From a virus: DNA of 64,000 nucleotides. The position numbers and the translations under genes were made by a program. How positions within the stretch are numbered: the stretch's first letter is position 1; each line of letters begins with the position of its first letter. Under the pieces are notes generated by a model that was not told where the DNA came from, searched no databases, and was given only the letters and a program-made list of their open reading frames with translations. Of the stretch, positions 18,602-25,983 are shown one piece after another. The stretch is from IMG/VR virus record IMGVR_UViG_3300022848_000777, positions 110,751 to 174,750 of that record. The stretch is one strand, 5' to 3'.

Positions 18602-18692
18602 GGTTAACGTTGAAAATTAGGGTTAACCAAACTAAATTAGTATCTTTATTTTGTTGGGTTGGGGAAGTAACCTCACCAATTTAAAATTCAAG
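18593..18692 (+). promoter_or_regulatory. TTAACA-repeat promoter plus conserved leader
   Basis: TTAACA 18593, TTAACG 18604, TTAG 18617, TATCTTTA 18641. Confidence 0.75.
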
Positions 18693-18697
18693 GTGAT

Positions 18698-18958
18698 ATG
18701 ATTAGTTTTCAAGAATACCAAACATTGTTTCCAATTATCAATAATATCGAAACCCAATTAGTAGATGCAGAGGTAAGGTTTGATAGAAACCCATGTAAGA
18801 GAACCGCAACTAAGTTTTCTAACTTAAAACATACCTTAAAGATCGAAGTAGTTAAAGCTCTTAAAGAATATAGGGCAACTGATGAGTATGTGGTTGATGT
18901 GATTGAAAATGAGAAACAACTGATGATAGAGTTGAATAACATTGTAAAGGGTATCTAG
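18698..18958 (+). CDS. hypothetical protein
   Basis: 86 aa after a promoter. Confidence 0.7.
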   Translation: MISFQEYQTLFPIINNIETQLVDAEVRFDRNPCKRTATKFSNLKHTLKIEVVKALKEYRATDEYVVDVIENEKQLMIELNNIVKGI

Positions 18959-18989
18959 AATTGAACGAACATAAATAAAATATACAACT

Positions 18990-19259
18990 ATGAATTTTTT
19001 CAATAATCTTTTTCATATCAACCGTAAATACCATTGGTATTCTGTTAAATTCATCTATGAAACAAAAAATACCAATCATGTTGTTCTTGATTACCATAAT
19101 CAGGTTGGATTTAAAGATCAATCTTCTATTCTAGATTTTAGAAAGGTAAAGAAAGCAATGGGCCCGATTTATGGGATAGATTCAACTAGATCTCACCTTT
19201 GTAATAGAAACCTTAACGTTGAACTAGTATGTTACTTAGGATATTTTTCAAAAAAATAA
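18990..19259 (+). CDS. hypothetical protein
   Basis: 89 aa. Confidence 0.65.
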   Translation: MNFFNNLFHINRKYHWYSVKFIYETKNTNHVVLDYHNQVGFKDQSSILDFRKVKKAMGPIYGIDSTRSHLCNRNLNVELVCYLGYFSKK

Positions 19260-19264
19260 TTTAA

Positions 19265-19492
19265 ATGGATGAAACCGAAATTTTGTTACTGATACTATGT
19301 ATAATTTCTATTATAGTATCAGTTATTTCCTTAATATGGAATTTTGTACTAAATAAGTGGATAACGGTTGTTAAATCAACTCAAATTGAATTTGCTAATA
19401 AATTAAATTCAGTGCATGGTAATACTGTGAATCTCGCTGCATTAGCTAGGGCTAATAAAATGAAAGTGAATAGATTAAAATCTAAAAAGTGA
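19265..19492 (+). CDS. membrane-anchored small protein
   Basis: N-terminal hydrophobic helix. Confidence 0.65.
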   Translation: MDETEILLLILCIISIIVSVISLIWNFVLNKWITVVKSTQIEFANKLNSVHGNTVNLAALARANKMKVNRLKSKK

Positions 19493-19875
19493 TGGCAGCA
19501 GATATCCCATTTAGGGTAATAATAGCAGGTGGTCGTGATTACACTGATTATCTAAAAGTATGGAATTGTTGTGATTTTTACTTATCAAATAAAGTCAATG
19601 GTGTTGAAGTATTAACAGGTGGTGCGGGTGGTGCAGATGCATTAGGTAAGCAATATGCAGATTTACGTAATTATTCAAATACAATATACTTAGCAAATTG
19701 GAAATCGTATGGTAAAACAGCAGGGCCTATTAGAAATGAAAGAATGGTAAAAAATGCCGATGCATTAATAGCATTTTGGGATGGTCTAAGTAAAGGAACT
19801 GGTAATATTATTAAATTAGCGAAAAGAGCTGGTTTATTAATTAGAGTGATATCATATGATCCAATAAAAAAATAA
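19489..19875 (+). CDS. SLOG-superfamily (YspA/DUF2493-like) protein
   Basis: IIAGGRDY, GGAGGAD, AGPIRNERM, AFWDGLSKGT. Confidence 0.85.
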   Translation: MMAADIPFRVIIAGGRDYTDYLKVWNCCDFYLSNKVNGVEVLTGGAGGADALGKQYADLRNYSNTIYLANWKSYGKTAGPIRNERMVKNADALIAFWDGLSKGTGNIIKLAKRAGLLIRVISYDPIKK

Positions 19876-20092
19876 AACTCAAATTTCGATGGTTATTTAA
19901 ATAACTATCATACTTATAGATAATAATGAAACACATTAACCTACATATAAATTATTCGTCGCCGGCCTTAAAAAGCCTGAATGATATTATTGCGTTCGGC
20001 CAGGAAACGGTCGTTAGGGCATTTCAACTATGTAGACGAGTTTCGAACAGTTGGGATGCCAGATAACCCAATTACCTAGTTCGGAATTAACT

Positions 20093-20147
20093 TCAACAAA
20101 TTTTAACATTTTATATTAGATTTAATCAATAACTTTGATTATATTTG
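20093..20147 (+). promoter_or_regulatory. promoter of the tRNA cluster
   Basis: TCAACA/TTAACA, TTAG 20116, TATATTTG 20140. Confidence 0.7.
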
Positions 20148-20186
20148 CAATGTAAGTTACGAATCTCAAACGTGGGATTTATAATC

Positions 20187-20273
20187 GGAAGGTTGACAGA
20201 ATGGTATTGTAGCGGATTGCTAATCCGTGGTCGTTAGTTCGGCTTGTGAGTTCGAATCTCACATCTTCCACCA
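20187..20273 (+). tRNA. tRNA-Ser(GCT)
   Basis: cloverleaf, long variable arm, encoded CCA. Confidence 0.92.
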
Positions 20274-20281
20274 AAAATTAA

Positions 20282-20360
20282 TTAACAATTTCTTAACATA
20301 TGAAATTAGGTTTAACCAAACTAAATTCGTATCTTTGTTTTGTTGGGTTAGGGAAGAAAC
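20282..20360 (+). promoter_or_regulatory. TTAACA-repeat promoter
   Basis: TTAACA 20282/20293, TTAG 20306, TATCTTTG 20330. Confidence 0.75.
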
Positions 20361-20434
20361 GTTTTCTTTAATCATTAGAGTTTGAAATATTAATATCGTT
20401 ACTGTGGATCGATAGTAACGATTATAAAATAAAT

Positions 20435-20508
20435 GGTACTGCATCATATCGGTGTATGCTGCTTCCCTGTCACGGAAGAGATTGTGGGTTCGAATCCCAT
20501 CAGTACCG
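20435..20508 (+). tRNA. tRNA-Asp(GTC), atypical D arm
   Basis: CTTCC-CTGTCAC-GGAAG; C at position 8. Confidence 0.85.
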
Positions 20509-20553
20509 CTTTAGAGTTTTTATAAGTTTCTCTTTTAAAGAACTTTGTTTTTC

Positions 20554-20625
20554 CGCCCATTCGTCTAACGGCTAGGACTTTAGGTTTTCGACCTGAGAAT
20601 GAGAGTTCGATTCTCTCATGGGTGA
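20554..20625 (+). tRNA. tRNA-Glu(TTC)
   Basis: TTAGG-TTTTCGA-CCTGA. Confidence 0.9.
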
Positions 20626-20727
20626 CAAATTGGTATAGTTTAGCACATCCCCATAAGGATGTTAAAACGACTTTCAAGGATAAGGTAAGAAAGATGAATT
20701 AACATCTACCGTGCATATTAATAGTTT

Positions 20728-20744
20728 AGTTCATTGACGTATTG
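20728..20744 (+). promoter_or_regulatory. boxA-like antitermination motif
   Basis: AGTTCATTGACGTATTG; similar to the motif at 28328. Confidence 0.45.
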
Positions 20745-20779
20745 GGAATTATGAAGTGGTTTAAATTCCACTTCAATTT

Positions 20780-20868
20780 GGAAGGGCGTATGGCTGGCGT
20801 ACTTATCAGTCTTGAAAACTGTGATGTCGGGTAAAACTGGCGTGTGGGTTCGATCCCCACTCTTTCCA
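20780..20868 (+). tRNA. tRNA-Ser(TGA), atypical D arm
   Basis: CAGT-CTTGAAA-ACTG, long variable arm. Confidence 0.85.
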
Positions 20869-21057
20869 CAACAGCATAGGAACGTGAATACTCATCATTG
20901 AAACAAGTACTATACTCTAAGTGAAATTAATATTTAGTAAGTGTTGGTGATGCTTCAACGAACGATTGATAAAGTAACTTAAAAAATTATCATTTATGGT
21001 AGTGATTGGGAATAGCCAATTAATGCATGAAAACAGCTACCATAAATGATTTTACAA

Positions 21058-21131
21058 TGGCTCGTAACTCAGCTGGTTAGAGTACTCGACTTTTAATCGA
21101 GGTGTCGTGAGTTCGATCCTCACCGGGCCAA
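21058..21131 (+). tRNA. tRNA-Lys(TTT)
   Basis: CTCGA-CTTTTAA-TCGAG. Confidence 0.93.
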
Positions 21132-21325
21132 CAAATTTCGTTAGTTTAATCTTCGTGTTTAACAACACTGAAAAACGCCCTACGTGTGGGTACTGATAGT
21201 ATGAAATCTATCACGAGATTACTTTATTAAAAAATAACCCAAATGATGTATTAGTTCCCATGCACAATGGATCTGATGTGATCATAACGGTATCATATTT
21301 CTAGAGTGTGGTATTTAGGGTTTAT

Positions 21326-21410
21326 ACCTTTGTGGCGAAATGGTTAATACGCGCTAGCCTTAGAAGCTAGTATCAGAAATGGTGTATGGGTTCGACTCCC
21401 ATCAGGGGTA
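21326..21410 (+). tRNA. tRNA-Leu(TAG)
   Basis: CTAGC-CTTAGAA-GCTAG, long variable arm. Confidence 0.92.
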
Positions 21411-21415
21411 CACAT

Positions 21416-21498
21416 GCTGGAATGGCGGAATGGTAGACGCGCAGGTTTCAAAAACCTGTATCCGAAAGGGTGTGTGGGTTCAACTCCCACTTTCAGTA
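21416..21498 (+). tRNA. tRNA-Leu(CAA)
   Basis: CAGGT-TTCAAAA-ACCTG. Confidence 0.92.
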
Positions 21499-21523
21499 CA
21501 AACAACTTCTAACGTGGAAGTTG

Positions 21524-21675
21524 GGTAACGTGGTGAAACTGGAAAACACGCTGTTTGTCTGCATCTGCCTTTGGAATTGGCAATAGTTAAAAGAGGGAAA
21601 AGTCATAATCCCGAAACTAGAAACAACTAGGCGAGGCGGGTGACTTAAGTATGGGTTCGAATCCCATCGTTACTA
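21524..21675 (+). ncRNA. 152-nt tRNA-like RNA with expanded anticodon and variable arms
   Basis: acceptor GGTAACG/CGTTACT, Leu-type D arm, ATGGG-TTCGAAT-CCCAT T arm, about 100 nt between the D and T arms. Confidence 0.75.
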
Positions 21676-21777
21676 CTAAGAGAGAAGGAAGCGGCGCATC
21701 ACTAATCGATGAAAATACGCTGTTGAGGGGGCTGATTAGATGCCATGCGGATGTGACGTGAAATTCTCTTTTTAAAT

Positions 21778-21863
21778 GCTCCTGTGGCGAAATGGTTATA
21801 CGCGCTGGGTTTAAATTCCAGTATCTGAAACATGGTGTGTGGGTTCGAATCTCTCTAGAGGTA
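21778..21863 (+). tRNA. degenerate tRNA-Leu(TAA), possible pseudogene
   Basis: CTGGG-TTTAAAT-TCCAG; mismatched acceptor and T stems. Confidence 0.6.
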
Positions 21864-21877
21864 CTATTAAAATATAT

Positions 21878-22001
21878 GGGGGTGTGTAAGTAGCACTTAC
21901 AGGTAGGTAGCATGAGAAGCTTGAAGAATCGGATAGAATTACGTAATATATCTGGGAGATAGTTGATAGCTAGAATAAAACCTACTGGCCCACCCTCACC
22001 A
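21878..22001 (+). ncRNA. 124-nt structured RNA with 7-bp acceptor-like stem plus ACCA
   Basis: GGGGGTG/CACCCTC-ACCA; internal TGTAAGT/ACTTACA and GGTAGGT/ACCTACT helices. Confidence 0.55.
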
Positions 22002-22005
22002 ATTA

Positions 22006-22029
22006 AATGTTCCTTAATTAAGGAACATT
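22006..22029. repeat. perfect 24-bp palindrome
   Basis: AATGTTCCTTAATTAAGGAACATT. Confidence 0.9.
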
Positions 22030-22039
22030 ATTAAAATAC

Positions 22040-22237
22040 GGGCCAACTAAGATTGTAAATTTAGTTAACTACTAGGCTAGTGTGTCACACATGATGAGAA
22101 ATAGGGTAGTTCCTTATAGTGAAAAGTGGTTGGATGAATTGCCACCAGATTGATCATCTGTCTAAGAATTAAGAGATAAATTATAGGCTTCTCACTGATC
22201 TATTCCTAACTTTTTACAAATAGGCTGAGTCGGCTCC
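22040..22237 (+). ncRNA. rod-like structured RNA candidate of about 200 nt
   Basis: nested pairs GGGCCAACT/AGTCGGCTC, TTGTAAA/TTTACAA, AGTTA/TAACT, TGAGAA/TTCTCA, CTTATAGT/ATTATAGG. Confidence 0.5.
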
Positions 22238-22316
22238 TTTTTGGATAGACACGATAGTAATTTGTATTGAGGACAACAATGAACATCTCAGCTGGATAAT
22301 ACATGGTGTTCAACTT

Positions 22317-22390
22317 ACTTCTATAGCTCAGTTGGTTAGAGCAATTCTTTTACATGGAATAGGCCATTGGTTCGAATCCAGTTAGGAGTA
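22317..22390 (+). tRNA. tRNA-Val(TAC)
   Basis: ATTCT-TTTACAT-GGAAT. Confidence 0.9.
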
Positions 22391-22406
22391 CAATTATTAA
22401 AAATAT

Positions 22407-22489
22407 GGGCATCGAAAGTTGATTGGATTCAGCAGCCAGACTGTAAATCTGGTCCTTTACGGGGAGTGGTTCGAATCCACCGAGGCCCA
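22407..22489 (+). tRNA. tRNA-Tyr(GTA), atypical (possible 8/4 fold)
   Basis: CCAGA-CTGTAAA-TCTGG; GGGCATCG/CGAGGCCC plus 4-bp T stem. Confidence 0.85.
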
Positions 22490-22692
22490 CAATAAAACAA
22501 AATCCCACTTGAAGATAAACAACACTTACGTTTGAGACCTTAACATTAAGTTGGTAGGAGAGGGGTATAAACTGTATCAGCAGTTGTGTTTATTGTAGAG
22601 GTAGGCGTAAGATGTTTTGTGGTATAAGTACCCGCCAATCCCTTACAAGTATTCCACTGAAATTTGGATGGGGGTTTGTTTTATTTTGATAT

Positions 22693-22763
22693 CGGGTTGA
22701 CGAATGGGGTATCGGCTATGATTTGGAGTCATGGCGTAGTGAGTTCGACTCTCACCAACCCGA
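22693..22763 (+). tRNA. tRNA-Pro(TGG), reduced D arm
   Basis: CGGGTTG/CAACCCG; TATGA-TTTGGAG-TCATG. Confidence 0.8.
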
Positions 22764-22777
22764 CGATATTAGTAAAC

Positions 22778-22851
22778 GCATCTGTAACTCAATTGGATAG
22801 AGTGTCTGCCTTCGAAGCAGAGAGTTGGGAGTTCGAGTCTCTCCAGGTGTG
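22778..22851 (+). tRNA. tRNA-Arg(TCG)
   Basis: TCTGC-CTTCGAA-GCAGA. Confidence 0.92.
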
Positions 22852-22882
22852 CAATTGTAATATAATATTACTTCATAAAAAC

Positions 22883-23062
22883 TTGAAATAGATGTGGTAA
22901 AACACTACGTATCGGGTAGAATGGATAGGCAAAATAGGTTGGGGTTATACACAAGTCATGTAAATAGGAAGCTACCCATCACTATCCAATAAGATTGATG
23001 AAAATATTAACGATTATCCTTTAGAGTGGTGACTAACATCAATTATAATTTATCTATTTCAA
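22883..23062 (+). ncRNA. 180-nt structured RNA candidate
   Basis: 11-bp closing helix TTGAAATAGAT/ATCTATTTCAA; GGGTAG/CTACCC and TTGATG/CATCAA inside. Confidence 0.45.
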
Positions 23063-23065
23063 TAT

Positions 23066-23137
23066 TGCCCCCTCATCTAATTGGCAGGATGCCTGGTTTT
23101 GAGCCAGAGAATTGAGGTTCGAATCCTTGGGGGGCAA
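23066..23137 (+). tRNA. tRNA-Gln(TTG)
   Basis: CTGG-TTTTGAG-CCAG. Confidence 0.9.
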
Positions 23138-23151
23138 CTATATTTAAAATC

Positions 23152-23225
23152 GGTTCCATAGTTTAGAAGGCATAAAATAAATCTCTTGTAAAGATTAGAA
23201 ATCAGTTCGATCCTGATTGGAACCT
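23152..23225 (+). tRNA. tRNA-Thr(TGT)
   Basis: AATCT-CTTGTAA-AGATT. Confidence 0.88.
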
Positions 23226-23229
23226 CTAA

Positions 23230-23301
23230 GGTGTTGTAACTCAGCGGTAGAGTGCTAGATTGAAGATCTAGTGGTCGGTGGTTCGATCCCACCCAGCACC
23301 A
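23230..23301 (+). tRNA. tRNA-Phe(GAA)
   Basis: CTAGA-TTGAAGA-TCTAG. Confidence 0.92.
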
Positions 23302-23314
23302 CAATATAAAATAC

Positions 23315-23386
23315 ACAAGTGTCGTCTAATGGCTAAGATTACGGATTCCAAACCCGTAGATGGGGGTTCGATACCTTTCACTTGTG
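23315..23386 (+). tRNA. tRNA-Trp(CCA)
   Basis: ACGGA-TTCCAAA-CCCGT, G73. Confidence 0.82.
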
Positions 23387-23392
23387 CAATTA

Positions 23393-23448
23393 TTAACAAT
23401 TTGGTAACATAGAAAATTAGGATATGATATCAAATAACCGTATCTTTA
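23393..23448 (+). promoter_or_regulatory. TTAACA-repeat promoter
   Basis: TTAACA 23393, GTAACA 23404, TTAG 23417, TATCTTTA 23441. Confidence 0.75.
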
Positions 23449-23478
23449 TTTCATTCTGTTGATTCAGAACTATAACAT

Positions 23479-23552
23479 TCCCCCGTAGCTCAGTTGGTTA
23501 GAGCGGCACCCTGTTAAGGTGAGGGTCATAGGTTCGAATCCTATTGGGGGAG
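23479..23552 (+). tRNA. tRNA-Asn(GTT)
   Basis: CACC-CTGTTAA-GGTG. Confidence 0.92.
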
Positions 23553-23599
23553 CAACATAAATTAAATAACATATAAAATCTTAGAAGTTTGATAAGTAT

Positions 23600-23673
23600 G
23601 GGTATATAGCTCAATTGGTTAGAGCATCACCCTGATACGGTGAAGGTTATGAGTTCGAGTCTCATTATACCCA
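23600..23673 (+). tRNA. tRNA-Ile(GAT)
   Basis: TCACC-CTGATAC-GGTGA. Confidence 0.93.
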
Positions 23674-23797
23674 CTTAATTTTAATACGGAGATGTAATGA
23701 AGAAATTAATAAAAGAGAACTTAGATACTATAGGTATACTTGTATTTTTAACAATTTATACGTTAATTGTAATAAGTTATATGTACTAAGTAATTAT

Positions 23798-23872
23798 GGT
23801 GATTATAGCTCAGTTGGTTAGAGTGCTTGACTGTGAATCAAGAGGTCGTCAGTTCGAGTCTGACTTTTCACC
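23798..23872 (+). tRNA. tRNA-His(GTG)
   Basis: G-1:C73; CTTGA-CTGTGAA-TCAAG; two U:U mismatches in the acceptor stem. Confidence 0.88.
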
Positions 23873-23878
23873 CAAAAT

Positions 23879-23950
23879 GCCGTAACTTTTGGAAGGGTAA
23901 GGTGTAAGCGCTTATGCTAGTTGCTTGGGGTTCGAATCCCCGTTACGGCT
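23879..23950 (+). ncRNA. 72-nt anticodon-less tRNA mimic
   Basis: GCCGTAAC/GTTACGGC acceptor, GGGG-TTCGAAT-CCCC T arm, no anticodon loop. Confidence 0.7.
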
Positions 23951-24023
23951 CAAATATTTAAATCAAAGCGGAAGATTGTACATTAAATTGTCCGAAGTAC
24001 TTAACAGATTGATTTAAAATTAT

Positions 24024-24097
24024 GGTATAGTACCCAAGTGGTCTAAAGGGGCGGGTTGCAACCCCGTTATTCATTGGTTCGAATCCAATCTATACCT
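24024..24097 (+). tRNA. tRNA-Cys(GCA)
   Basis: GCGGG-TTGCAAC-CCCGT, U73. Confidence 0.92.
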
Positions 24098-24125
24098 CTA
24101 ATATAAACAAGTAATATATGTAATA

Positions 24126-24578
24126 ATGAAAGTTTTCAAAAAAGTAAACGGTGAAAAAGTAGATGTAATTAAACACACTTTGGATGTAATCAAAAAAAAC
24201 CCTGATGTAGAAATACATATCGGTACAGATTCACAAAGCAGTGGACATCTAACCACATACGTTACTGTGATTGCTTACAGATATTCCACACGTGGAGTTC
24301 ATTACATATTTTGGAAAGAAAAAGTACCTAGAATTAAAGATAAGTTTACTAAATTATACAAAGAAACTGTATTGACTATTGAAGTAGCTGAATGGTTTAC
24401 TTCTCAAATCAAAAGTGTAAAGGTTGAATTGGATTTCGATTACAATGGTGATAAAAAGCACTTCTCTCAAAGATTAGTTCCAGCAACGAAAGGTTGGGCA
24501 GAAGGTTTGGGATATAAGGTGAATATTAAACCAGTAAAGCAAATCGCTACTCATGCAGCGGATTACCACTGTAGATAA
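24126..24578 (+). CDS. RNase H-like YkuK (DUF458) family protein
   Basis: IHIGTDSQ, YVTVI, KLYKE and ATHAAD motifs. Confidence 0.85.
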   Translation: MKVFKKVNGEKVDVIKHTLDVIKKNPDVEIHIGTDSQSSGHLTTYVTVIAYRYSTRGVHYIFWKEKVPRIKDKFTKLYKETVLTIEVAEWFTSQIKSVKVELDFDYNGDKKHFSQRLVPATKGWAEGLGYKVNIKPVKQIATHAADYHCR

Positions 24579-24762
24579 CTTCACAATTTAATATTGTAGA
24601 AATTCCAGCTGGGAAGTGGAAGTTAACACATAAATATGGTATATCAGAAAAAGGATATCACGAGAATTTACCATACGCTACGATGGAATTATTGAAATAA
24701 ATTAGGATTATCGAAATATTATCCGTATATTGTAAGAGCAGATTAAGAGTGAGAGCAAAAGA

Positions 24763-24880
24763 AACACATCATGCGAAAACCCTTCGTTTGAAAATGAGCT
24801 GTTGAGTTTGGGAATCGGGAGATAAAACGATGAATATACAGCATTGAGATAGGGCCCAAAAGCCTCTGATGTGTTTTTTT
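24763..24880 (+). ncRNA. small structured RNA or leader candidate
   Basis: downstream of a promoter-like sequence at 24702-24733; closed by AAACACATCA/TGATGTGTTT plus a T run. Confidence 0.4.
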
Positions 24881-24898
24881 ATATTAATGATTACATAT

Positions 24899-24972
24899 GC
24901 GCCCATAGTTCAACTGGATAGAGCATTGTTTTTCTAAAGCAATAGTTGTGAGTTCGAGTCTCGCTGGGCGTA
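24899..24972 (+). tRNA. tRNA-Arg(TCT)
   Basis: TTGTT-TTTCTAA-AGCAA. Confidence 0.9.
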
Positions 24973-24989
24973 CTAAAATACAATAAAAT

Positions 24990-25063
24990 TGCGGGGTGGA
25001 CTGGAGAGGCTCCAGCTCGGTCTCATAAGCCGAATGACGTAGGTTCGAATCCTATCCCCGCAA
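24990..25063 (+). tRNA. tRNA-Met(CAT), initiator-like
   Basis: TGCGGGG acceptor, TCGGT-CTCATAA-GCCGA. Confidence 0.85.
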
Positions 25064-25412
25064 CTAAACTTATAATGACTATAAGTGAAGCTAAAAGAAG
25101 TTGGAATTTGATAAGGGTTTATCACCAACACCAGTTATTTTTAGAAACCCCGAAAGACCCGAAGTGGTCGTTGTAAGTTTTTTATAAAAATTAATTCAAC
25201 AATTATGATATTTAATTAAAGGTTAAACCTATGACCTTGTGGAGTATTAAGCACGTTCGAGTAATGTAAGAGCTTAATAACACTAAATAAAGATAGAATA
25301 TAAATTGTTAGTATTAGGCTTCCTACCATAGTATAAGATTCCTAATAGACATATTATATCTATTATACTACACTCAATAGGTTGAAAAATGAGTGTATAC
25401 TTTTATAAAACT

Positions 25413-25487
25413 ATGGAAGAATGGAGAATAATTAGAGATTACGTGGATTATAGTGTTTCTAATAAATCAACGATTACTATACTATGA
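25413..25487 (+). pseudogene. NUMOD4-motif homing endonuclease remnant
   Basis: MEEWRIIRDYVDYSVSNK followed by a stop after 24 codons. Confidence 0.55.
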
Positions 25488-25569
25488 TACCGATGGTAGT
25501 TTAGATGAAATAATGCATGAGAATGGTAAATTTATAAGATTTGCACCATTCCGTTAAGTATGATTAAAT

Positions 25570-25655
25570 GCCTCGATGGTGAAATTGGTAGACACGCTGG
25601 ACTTAAAATTCAGTCCTCAGTGATGGGGGTACGGGTTCGAATCCCGTTCGGGGCA
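25570..25655 (+). tRNA. tRNA-Leu(TAA)
   Basis: CTGGA-CTTAAAA-TTCAG, long variable arm. Confidence 0.93.
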
Positions 25656-25890
25656 CTACAAAAATAATGATAAGGTTTTTAACGGTGTTAAGAATCAACT
25701 ATAATTAACAACATAGATAACCTATATAATATATAATCTTATATAGTTAATAATATGATGGGTATACATATGAAAGGAATAATCCACATATATGCAATCT
25801 GAATAAGTAGTTATAGAAGATTCACCTGATTCAGATTCATTTTACCGATTCGCTGGTATTATGATATAACGCGAAATGAAACCGTTTAAT

Positions 25891-25964
25891 GGGGTCTTAG
25901 CTCAGTTGGCCAGAGCACTGGATTTGCAATTCAGATGTCAGGGGTTCGAATCCCCTAGGCTCCA
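25891..25964 (+). tRNA. tRNA-Ala(TGC)
   Basis: G3:U70; CTGGA-TTTGCAA-TTCAG. Confidence 0.93.
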
Positions 25965-25983
25965 CTTTTTTAAATTAATAGAT

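Noticed and set aside
21524-21675. Group I intron in a tRNA-Leu
   Set aside because: The extra sequence is only about 70 nt and lacks the P3-P7 core
20259-23316. Track ORFs overlapping tRNAs (20259, 20444, 21617, 22664, 23077)
   Set aside because: Shadow ORFs from tRNA sequence (GFEP/GFES-type translations)
20780-25655. Suppressor tRNAs (anticodons TGA, TAG, TAA) and genetic-code reassignment
   Set aside because: These anticodons read TCA, CTA and TTA; long genes are intact in code 11 and end at TAA, TAG and TGA
25876-25983. N-terminal extension of the HAD ORF
   Set aside because: Overlaps tRNA-Ala; the HAD motif begins at ATG 25984
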